This document shows, piece after piece, positions 28,762 to 36,050 of a stretch of DNA of 36,050 nucleotides (position 1 is the stretch's first letter; the number at the start of each line of letters is the position of its first letter). This DNA comes from an uncultured Bacilli bacterium (GTDB lineage Bacteria; Bacillota_I; Bacilli_A; RF39; UBA660): assembly GCA_944371685.1 (NCBI GenBank), contig CALVXV010000002.1:1-36050 (forward strand). Direction: 5' to 3'. Below the pieces are notes generated by a model. The model did not search any database and was not told the DNA's origin. It saw only the letters and a list, made by a program, of their open reading frames with translations. The position numbers were made by a program, and so were the translations under genes.

Positions 28762-29523
28762 ATGGAAATTATAATCGGTATATTTTTATTCATAATGGGA
28801 ACTATTTTTGGTTCCTTTTACAATGTCGTAGGTTATAGGCTTCCCAAAGGTGAATCTATCGTATTTCCACCAAGCCACTGCACCAACTGTAATCATAGAT
28901 TAACCGCTTTAGAATTAATACCCGTATTATCATACGTATTTCAAAAAGGAAAATGTAAACATTGTCATCAAAAAATATCACTATTTTACCCCATATTTGA
29001 ATTACTAACTGGGATTCTTTTCACAATGTGCTACATCTCATTCGGTCTAACTCCTAATTTAATAATCGCTTTAACCTTTGTTTCTATGATGATAATTATT
29101 GTTGTTAGTGACTATCACTATTTAATAATATCTGATGAGGTTTTAATAACTTTTGCTATTATATTATTTATAGAAATTTTATTAATAAATGGGCTAAAAA
29201 TCGCCTTATATTCATTATTAAATGGTGCGCTAGCCTTTTTAACTATGTTTCTATTAAAAAAATTCGGTGATTTTCTATTTAAAAAAGAGTCAATGGGTGG
29301 TGGCGACATCAAGTTATTGTTCATCTTTGGGATGATCTTAACATATCCAATCGCCATATTATCTATTTTTGTAGGTTCTTTAATTGGCCTGCCAGTAGCG
29401 CTCGTCATTTTGTGGAAAAAGAAAAATAATATCATCCCTTTTGGGCCTTTTCTCGCTGCTGGAGCCACCTTGCTATTATTACTACAAATAAATTTAGATA
29501 CCATTATAAACTTATATCAATAA
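28762..29523 (+). CDS. pilD: A24-family prepilin peptidase (PilD/ComC type)
   Basis: N-terminal CTNC...CKHC Zn-binding motif, catalytic Asp motifs VSDYHY and MGGGDIKL, polytopic membrane protein. ATG at 28762 after the RBS aaaggtga. Confidence 0.9.
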   Translation: MEIIIGIFLFIMGTIFGSFYNVVGYRLPKGESIVFPPSHCTNCNHRLTALELIPVLSYVFQKGKCKHCHQKISLFYPIFELLTGILFTMCYISFGLTPNLIIALTFVSMMIIIVVSDYHYLIISDEVLITFAIILFIEILLINGLKIALYSLLNGALAFLTMFLLKKFGDFLFKKESMGGGDIKLLFIFGMILTYPIAILSIFVGSLIGLPVALVILWKKKNNIIPFGPFLAAGATLLLLLQINLDTIINLYQ

Positions 29524-29596
29524 ATTGGTAAAAACTGATTTATTTTCGCATTGAAAAGATTAATCATGATATAATAATAAAAAAGGAGCTGTTAAA

Positions 29597-31084
29597 ATGA
29601 AACCATTGTTACTTTGTATTTTAGATGGCGTTGGCATTAGACCAAATCAAAATGGTAATGCATTAAATGCTGCTAAAACCCCTAATTTAGATATGTTATT
29701 TAATAAATATCCCCATACCACATTAGAAGCAAGTGGTAAAGCTGTTGGCTTACCCAAAGGCCAAATGGGTAATAGTGAAGTAGGGCATATGAACATCGGT
29801 ACTGGTAGAATTCCAAAGCAATCTTTAGATATTATTACCGAGGCCCTTGAAAATGGTGAAATAAAAAACAATAAAGAATATCAAAATTTAATCAAACATC
29901 TAAAAAAATATAACTCTGACCTTCATATATGTGGACTATTAAGTGATGGTGGAATACATTCACATATAGACCATCTATTAGGTTTAATTGACATTTTAAA
30001 AGACGAAAATATAAATCATATTTATTTTCATATTTTTACCGATGGCAGAGACACTAAACCTCATGAATCATTAAAATTTATTAAAATACTAGAAGAAAAA
30101 ATAGCCCAAGCAAAAATTGGTGAAATTGCAACTATAGCCGGTAGATATTATGCAATGGATAGAGATAACCGTTGGGACCGCATCGAAAAAGCCTACAAAC
30201 AAATGACTGAAATTACTGAAACTTATAATATTGAAAATCAAATAACCACAAATTATCAAAAAAACATAACTGATGAGTTCATCGAACCATTTTCTCATAC
30301 CAATGGTATTATTAAAGAAAACGACGGTATTTTAGTCTTTAACTTTAGACCAGATAGACTAAGAGAACTATTTACCGCTTTAACTAGCCCTGACTTTAAA
30401 GAATTTAAAAGAACTTTCATTCCTAATTTAAAATTAGTAACCATGATGCCTGTCGATAAAAACGTCATATGTACTAATCTATTTCATCACCCTAAAATAA
30501 CCAATTATTTAGGTGCTGTCTTAGCTAAAAATCAGCTAACTCAACTTAGAATTGCCGAAACCGAAAAATATGCCCATGTCACATATTTCTTTGATGGTGA
30601 AAACGAAACTAAACTTAAAAAATGTGATAAAATACTAATTCCATCACCAAAAGTCGCCACATATGATTTAAAACCCGAAATGAGTGCCTATATAATCACT
30701 GATACACTTTTAGATATAATAGAAGATTATGATGTTATAATTTTAAATTTTGCCAACGGTGATATGGTCGGTCACACTGGTAACTTTGATGCCACTGTTA
30801 AAGCCCTTGAAGCTATCGACAAATGCATTGGTAGAATATATCAAAAAATAGAAACCTTAAATGGCACACTTTTAATAACCGCCGATCATGGAAACTGTGA
30901 TTATATGGTAGATAGCGAAGGCAATATCATTACATCTCACTCAGTAAATCCCGTACCATTTTTAATCACCAAAGAAAATATTAAACTAAAAAATGGTTGC
31001 CTTGCCGACATCGCCCCAACCATTTTAACTCTTTTAAAATTAACTATTCCAAAAGAAATGACAGGCAATGTTTTAATTATGTAA
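29597..31084 (+). CDS. gpmI: 2,3-bisphosphoglycerate-independent phosphoglycerate mutase
   Basis: LCILDGVG, NSEVGHMNIGTGR, TADHGN, and a length of ~495 aa. Confidence 0.95.
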   Translation: MKPLLLCILDGVGIRPNQNGNALNAAKTPNLDMLFNKYPHTTLEASGKAVGLPKGQMGNSEVGHMNIGTGRIPKQSLDIITEALENGEIKNNKEYQNLIKHLKKYNSDLHICGLLSDGGIHSHIDHLLGLIDILKDENINHIYFHIFTDGRDTKPHESLKFIKILEEKIAQAKIGEIATIAGRYYAMDRDNRWDRIEKAYKQMTEITETYNIENQITTNYQKNITDEFIEPFSHTNGIIKENDGILVFNFRPDRLRELFTALTSPDFKEFKRTFIPNLKLVTMMPVDKNVICTNLFHHPKITNYLGAVLAKNQLTQLRIAETEKYAHVTYFFDGENETKLKKCDKILIPSPKVATYDLKPEMSAYIITDTLLDIIEDYDVIILNFANGDMVGHTGNFDATVKALEAIDKCIGRIYQKIETLNGTLLITADHGNCDYMVDSEGNIITSHSVNPVPFLITKENIKLKNGCLADIAPTILTLLKLTIPKEMTGNVLIM

Positions 31085-31121
31085 CATTTGTGTTATAATA
31101 AGCTTAAGACAAGGTGATATT

Positions 31122-31736
31122 ATGAAAACAAATTATAATGAAATTATGGAAAACACATTAGCAAATTTAAAAGGAAAGCCTAAACTTTTATTGCACGCAT
31201 GTTGTGGAATATGTACAAGTTCAGTTTTAGAAAGGCTTTATCCTTTTTTTGATATCACCATTTTATACTACAATCCAAACATATATCCAGAAGAAGAATA
31301 TTTAAAAAGGTTCGATACTTTAAAAGAAATAATTTTAAAAATGAAAATTAAAGTAAAACTTTTAGAAATAGGTTATGAAAGTAAAGAATTTAAAGCCATT
31401 TCTAAAGGCCTAGAAAACGAAAAAGAGGGTGGTGAAAGATGCACTAAATGCTTTTATCTAAGATTAGAAAAAACCGCTAAATTAGCTCAAAAACGCAACT
31501 TCGATTACTTCACCACAACCCTCTCAGTAAGTCCACATAAAGATAGTCAAAAATTAAATCAAATTGGTAAAGTATTATCAGAAAAATATAACGTAGAATA
31601 TCTTTATTCAGACTTCAAAAAAAAGGAAGGATATAAAAGAAGTAACGAACTAGCCAAAAAATATGATTTATACCGTCAAAACTACTGCGGTTGTAAATAT
31701 TCATTAAATGAAGCGTTAGAATATCAAAATAAATAG
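31122..31736 (+). CDS. queH: Epoxyqueuosine reductase QueH (DUF208)
   Basis: LLLHACCGICTS, YNPNIYPEEEY, RCTKCF, YCGCKYS cysteine motifs. Confidence 0.85.
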   Translation: MKTNYNEIMENTLANLKGKPKLLLHACCGICTSSVLERLYPFFDITILYYNPNIYPEEEYLKRFDTLKEIILKMKIKVKLLEIGYESKEFKAISKGLENEKEGGERCTKCFYLRLEKTAKLAQKRNFDYFTTTLSVSPHKDSQKLNQIGKVLSEKYNVEYLYSDFKKKEGYKRSNELAKKYDLYRQNYCGCKYSLNEALEYQNK

Positions 31737-31744
31737 GAGATAGT

Positions 31745-33148
31745 ATGAAAAAGAAGTATGTTATTGGTATTATCATAATCATTATCTTGTTAATTAGTAG
31801 TGCTACTTTATTCTTTTGGCCACCATCATTCAAACTAAAAGGAAATAATATTACTCTAAAATATGGTCAAGATTATAAAGAACCAGGCTATACTGTAACC
31901 AAATTTGGAAAAGACTATTCAAAAAAAGTAAAAATTAAAGATAAAATCAATCCCAAAAAATTAGGCACTTATGAAATAATCTATGAATTAAAATTACATG
32001 GTATAACTTATAAACAAATAAGAAAAGTCACCATTACCGATAAAGAAAAACCAAAAATAACTTTAAATGGAAACCAAAATATCACCATCTGCCCAAATGC
32101 CAATTATACTGAAGATGGTTACACAGCCATAGATAACTATGATGGTGATATTACCGATAAAGTGCAAGTAAAAAATGAAAATAATAAAGTCACATATCAA
32201 GTAACAGATTCATCTGGTAATACCGCTAAAATAACAAGAACAATAACCAAAGAAGATAAAACTAAGCCATCCATAACATTAAAAGGCAATCAAAATCAAA
32301 CAATTTATCTAGGTACATCTTGGCAAGAACCTGGTTATACTGCCAGCGATAACTGTGAAGGCGATATTACAAATAAAGTTGTTGTAACCGGCTCTGTTAA
32401 TATTAAAAAAACCGGCAGTTATAAAATAACTTATACCGTCAAAGACAATATAGGCAATTCTTTTGAAACATATAGAATCATTAAAGTCATAAATAAACCC
32501 GTTACAAATAATACAAATACTAATGCTAAAGGTGTCATTTACTTAACCTTTGATGATGGACCAAACGAAGGAACCACTAATGTCATCCTAGATATATTAA
32601 AAAAAGAAAACGTCAAAGCTACTTTCTTCGTTACCAATAAAGGCCCAGACTATCTAATCAAAAGAGAGTATGATGAAGGCCACACCGTTGCTCTGCACAC
32701 CGCTTCACATGATTATGCCACAGTTTATAAATCAGTAGATAGTTACTATAATGATTTAACCCAAGTTCAAAATAGAGTCAAAAGAATTACTAAAACTGAA
32801 TCTAAAATAATTAGATTCCCAGGAGGTTCCTCAAATACTGTCTCCAAAAAATATTCAAAAGGCATCATGACTACTTTAACCAAAGATGTTTTAAGTAAAG
32901 GTTACCATTATTTTGATTGGAATATTGACTCTGATGATGCCGGAAGTGCTAAAAGCTCATCCGCCGTTTATAATAACGTCGTTAGAAACCTAAGCAAAAA
33001 TAAAGCTAATATAGTTTTAATGCACGATATTAAAACGCCAACCAAAGATGCCTTAACAAGCATCATCAAATTTGGTAAAAATAATGGCTATACCTTCGCT
33101 AAAATAACCATGGATACACCAATGGTCACTCATAAAGTAAATAATTAA
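31745..33148 (+). CDS. Membrane-anchored polysaccharide (peptidoglycan-type) deacetylase with three Ig-like DUF5011-type repeats
   Basis: An N-terminal signal anchor. Three ~75-aa repeats (EPGYT...DNYDGDITDKV / DNCEGDITNKV). A NodB domain with YLTFDDGP and LHTASHDY. Confidence 0.88.
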   Translation: MKKKYVIGIIIIIILLISSATLFFWPPSFKLKGNNITLKYGQDYKEPGYTVTKFGKDYSKKVKIKDKINPKKLGTYEIIYELKLHGITYKQIRKVTITDKEKPKITLNGNQNITICPNANYTEDGYTAIDNYDGDITDKVQVKNENNKVTYQVTDSSGNTAKITRTITKEDKTKPSITLKGNQNQTIYLGTSWQEPGYTASDNCEGDITNKVVVTGSVNIKKTGSYKITYTVKDNIGNSFETYRIIKVINKPVTNNTNTNAKGVIYLTFDDGPNEGTTNVILDILKKENVKATFFVTNKGPDYLIKREYDEGHTVALHTASHDYATVYKSVDSYYNDLTQVQNRVKRITKTESKIIRFPGGSSNTVSKKYSKGIMTTLTKDVLSKGYHYFDWNIDSDDAGSAKSSSAVYNNVVRNLSKNKANIVLMHDIKTPTKDALTSIIKFGKNNGYTFAKITMDTPMVTHKVNN

Positions 33149-33162
33149 TTGGAGATGAAAAC

Positions 33163-33795
33163 ATGATAAAAAAAACTATAATTATCAGTCTATTAATTAT
33201 CATAATAACTACATTAGCTTTTTCTTATTACTATGACCAAACCCTTCTAACTCGTTTAGAAGCAAAATATAATAATACTCAAAACTATAATGATTTAATT
33301 CATTTATGTAACAATCTTTATGAAACTAATGACTATAATAAACAAATCAAATATTGTAGTAAAATGTTAAATAATAAAGACCAATTCTTAAAAGCCAAAA
33401 AAGAAAGTGAAGATGCTGAAAAAGAATATTCTATATATACATTTTGGTACCTAAAAGCTTTACTTAATAATAAAAACTATGATAAATATAAAACCGAATT
33501 CGATCATTATTTTTATAAGTTAAATAGTTTAACTATGCTAGAAAAATTATATAATAACTATATTAAAAATGACACATTCAATCACCAAGCACTAACTATA
33601 ATTTTAGAAAGTGCCAATGACAATGTCAATAAAATAAACAATTTAACTTCCCCTTCAAAAGAGGATATAAATAGATATAAAGTATTGCAAACTATTAGAT
33701 ATAATATATACACTAAAACAAATAATAAAAATAAAGCCAGCAAAGTCTTAAAAGAAAAAGAAGATTATTTAAACAAAGTCAAACAAAATAATTAA
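33163..33795 (+). CDS. Membrane-anchored hypothetical protein (helical, N/K/Y-rich)
   Basis: 210-aa ORF with one N-terminal TM. I recognise no family. Confidence 0.55.
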   Translation: MIKKTIIISLLIIIITTLAFSYYYDQTLLTRLEAKYNNTQNYNDLIHLCNNLYETNDYNKQIKYCSKMLNNKDQFLKAKKESEDAEKEYSIYTFWYLKALLNNKNYDKYKTEFDHYFYKLNSLTMLEKLYNNYIKNDTFNHQALTIILESANDNVNKINNLTSPSKEDINRYKVLQTIRYNIYTKTNNKNKASKVLKEKEDYLNKVKQNN

Positions 33796-33823
33796 AGAAA
33801 TGTCCAAAAAACATTTCTTTTTA
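33794..33823 (+). terminator. Rho-independent terminator
   Basis: Perfect 10-bp stem aaagaaatgt (33794-33803) / acatttcttt (33811-33820), followed by TT. Confidence 0.65.
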
Positions 33824-33831
33824 AATTTTAT

Positions 33832-33860
33832 TTGCATTTAAAAAATCAATATGTTAATAT
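33832..33860 (+). promoter_or_regulatory. Promoter of the TIR-SPFH operon
   Basis: TTGCAT (33832-33837), 17 nt, TAATAT (33855-33860), with an extended -10 TGTTAATAT. Confidence 0.55.
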
Positions 33861-33902
33861 TATATTAGAAAAACTAAGAAAAATAATAGGAGTGTGTTTT
33901 AA

Positions 33903-35762
33903 ATGACTTTTAAATGTAAGATGTGTGGTGGCGATATCGAGCCAATTAAAGGTACTAATACCGGTAAATGTCTATACTGTAAAAGTACAATGACCTTGCC
34001 AAATTCTGATAATGAAAAAATAATCAATCTTTATAATAGAGCAAACGAACTAAGACAATCTAATGAATTTGATAAAGCGCAAGGCCTGTATGAATCCATA
34101 CTAAATCTTGACAACACCCAGTTAGAAGCGCAGTGGGGTATCTTGCTTTGCAAATATGGCGTCGAATATGTCGATGACCCTAAAACAAATAAAAAGATTC
34201 CTACTTGTCATAAAGCTAATAAAGAATCAATTCTAACCACTCAAGAATATAAACATATCATAAAAAATGCTTATGGTAAAACATTAGAACTCTATGAAAA
34301 AGAGGCCAAAGAAATTAATAGAATTCAAAAAGAAATATTAGAAATATCCGAAAAAGAAAGCCCATACGATATATTTATTTGTTATAAAGAAACCGATGAA
34401 AAAAATGGTGGGCGAACCAAAGACTCCGTAATAGCCCAAGAAATATATAACGAATTAACTAAATTAAACTATAAAGTATTCTTTTCTAGAATTACTTTAG
34501 AAGATAAAATAGGTTCAGAATATGAACCATATATCTACTCAGCACTAAAAACCTCAAAAGTAATGCTGGTAATTGGAACATCTCAAAAAAACATGAACTC
34601 AGTTTGGGTTAAAAATGAGTGGAGCCGTTATTTAGACATCATGAAAAAAGAAAAAAATAAAACCTTAATTCCTTGTTTTTATGGCATGACAGCAGCTGAC
34701 TTACCTGATGAATTTATTCTTCTTCAAGGGCAAGATCTAAATAAAATAGGTGCTATTCAAGACTTAATAAGAGGCATCACCAAAATAATTAAAAAAACAC
34801 CAAGAAATGAAGAAATATCTGATGAATTATTAAATAAATTCAAAGAAATGTTAAAACAAGAAGAAGAACTAAAAAGAAAAGAGCAAGAGGAAGAAGAAAG
34901 AGGCGTAGAAGTTAAAATATACAAAGAGAAATGTCCAAAAAGTTATAGTATTATCACATTTTTGCTCTCTGCTATAGTAGCCACTTTCTATATTATATTA
35001 ATTAGTAATTCAGTTTTTGTTTCAAATAATCAAATTTTATATATAAAACTATTATCCTCTTGGCTTGTAATAATATTTGGCACGACATCTATACTATATT
35101 TTGTGGCTTATATATTAGGTTTTAGTAGTCGAAAAAAAAGAAGAATATCTAAATATCTATATATTATAAATCTATTTATATTCTTACTATTTTCAGTCTT
35201 TATATATAAAGAATATAACTTAACCTTTAACTCATCTATACTAGGTATTTACATTTTCACTATCATACTAATATTAATGAACTCTAAATGGCAATTAAAA
35301 GCAGAAACAATCCTTATAAAAAAACAGTACGCTGAAGAAATCAAGCAATTACAGAAAGAAGAAAAGAAAAATTTTGAAGAAAACCCACATACTAAAACTC
35401 CAATAATTGCTTACATACTTGCCCTAGTATTATCAATCACATTAATATTCACTGTATTAATGAAACCAAAAGTTATAGGCGTGCAAAACACAAATGAAAA
35501 CCAAATATTAGTAACAATAGATTATATAAATGTTAGAAAAAATCCAGATAGTAGTAGCCAAAAACAAGGCTATATCTTCTCAGAAAGTTATTATAATGTA
35601 CTAGATATAGTGTCATGTAAAAATATAGATAACTGTCCAGATAAAGATGGCCTTTGGTATAAAATAGAATATATACCAAATAAAATAGGTTATGTATATT
35701 CCGGAAATAAATCACAAAATGGAGAATATACATATACAAAATATATTCCAAAAAGAAAGTAG
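33903..35762 (+). CDS. Zn-ribbon / TIR-domain / 5-TM / C-terminal SH3b-like membrane protein
   Basis: CxxC-x14-CxxC (aa 5-26). TIR-like block YDIFICYKETDE...KVFFSR...VMLVIGT...SVWVKNEWSRYL (aa ~154-292). Hydrophobic helices at aa ~346-520. SH3_3-like YINVRKNPDSSS...WYKIEY..IGYVYS (aa ~533-600). Confidence 0.85.
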   Translation: MTFKCKMCGGDIEPIKGTNTGKCLYCKSTMTLPNSDNEKIINLYNRANELRQSNEFDKAQGLYESILNLDNTQLEAQWGILLCKYGVEYVDDPKTNKKIPTCHKANKESILTTQEYKHIIKNAYGKTLELYEKEAKEINRIQKEILEISEKESPYDIFICYKETDEKNGGRTKDSVIAQEIYNELTKLNYKVFFSRITLEDKIGSEYEPYIYSALKTSKVMLVIGTSQKNMNSVWVKNEWSRYLDIMKKEKNKTLIPCFYGMTAADLPDEFILLQGQDLNKIGAIQDLIRGITKIIKKTPRNEEISDELLNKFKEMLKQEEELKRKEQEEEERGVEVKIYKEKCPKSYSIITFLLSAIVATFYIILISNSVFVSNNQILYIKLLSSWLVIIFGTTSILYFVAYILGFSSRKKRRISKYLYIINLFIFLLFSVFIYKEYNLTFNSSILGIYIFTIILILMNSKWQLKAETILIKKQYAEEIKQLQKEEKKNFEENPHTKTPIIAYILALVLSITLIFTVLMKPKVIGVQNTNENQILVTIDYINVRKNPDSSSQKQGYIFSESYYNVLDIVSCKNIDNCPDKDGLWYKIEYIPNKIGYVYSGNKSQNGEYTYTKYIPKRK

Positions 35763-35771
35763 AGGTAAATT

Positions 35772-36050
35772 ATGGCAATATTTGAAGTAATAAAAAAAGT
35801 TAAAGCTGATGATAATCTAGTATGGAAATATCCTAAAACAAATTTTAACACAATGTCACAGTTAATAGTCCATGAATCACAAGAAGCATTATTTTTCTCA
35901 AATGGTAAAGCTTTAGATTTATTTGGACCGGGTAAATATACCTTAACCACCAATAATATTCCACTTCTAAAAACATTTTTAAATATTCCAACCGGTTTTA
36001 GAAGTCCCTTTCAGTGTGAAGTATATTTTATCGATAAAACCGAAAAAAAT
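35772..36050 (+). CDS. SPFH/Band-7 superfamily protein of the YdjI type (COG4260-like); 3' end outside the window
   Basis: MAIFEVIKKV...LVWKYP....SQLIVHESQEALFFSNGKALDLFGPGKYTLTTNNIPLL..........SPFQCEVYFIDK follows the N-terminal pattern of B. subtilis YdjI-like proteins as I recall it. It starts 9 nt after the TIR gene stop, with its own RBS. Confidence 0.7.
   Translation, partial: MAIFEVIKKVKADDNLVWKYPKTNFNTMSQLIVHESQEALFFSNGKALDLFGPGKYTLTTNNIPLLKTFLNIPTGFRSPFQCEVYFIDKTEKN

Noticed and set aside
1-36050. CRISPR arrays, rRNA or tRNA genes, prophage or integrase genes
   Set aside because: There are no regularly spaced direct repeats, no long non-coding stretches with rRNA- or tRNA-like sequence, and no integrase, recombinase or phage structural ORFs. 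The coding density leaves no room for them.

Overview
Low-GC (about 30% by eye) chromosomal segment from a cell-walled Bacillota-type organism using the standard genetic code. Gene content and the short SMC suggest an Erysipelotrichia-like or reduced-genome Bacilli lineage. Almost every gene is on the + strand.

Gene order:
- A partial Rpn-like nuclease gene at the left edge.
- A 400-nt AT-rich spacer.
- A six-gene Tad-type (tight adherence) pilus operon: two TadE/TadG-like pseudopilins, tadZ, tadA, an Ig-domain::tadB fusion and tadC.
- murC, tcdA and two unknown genes.
- The conserved block secE-nusG-rplK-rplA-rplJ-rplL-ybxB-rpoB-rpoC, with recognisable promoters, terminators and ribosomal-protein leaders.
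- A two-gene orphan cassette, a short smc and an ABC-F ATPase.
- A 1.3-kb islet (XRE regulator plus a frameshifted secreted protein) bracketed by near-identical terminator hairpins.
- A YqfQ-like gene on the - strand.
- An orphan pilC-like/prepilin-peptidase pair.
- gpmI, queH, a 3xIg-like polysaccharide deacetylase and a membrane-anchored unknown.
- A two-gene operon encoding a Zn-ribbon-TIR-5TM-SH3b membrane protein followed by a YdjI-type SPFH protein, truncated by the window end.

I saw no rRNA, tRNA, CRISPR array or complete mobile element. The TIR/SH3b + SPFH operon is my best candidate for an undescribed system. The atypical Tad locus and the orphan pilC/pilD pair come next. All domain calls rest on motif recognition by eye, not on database searches.
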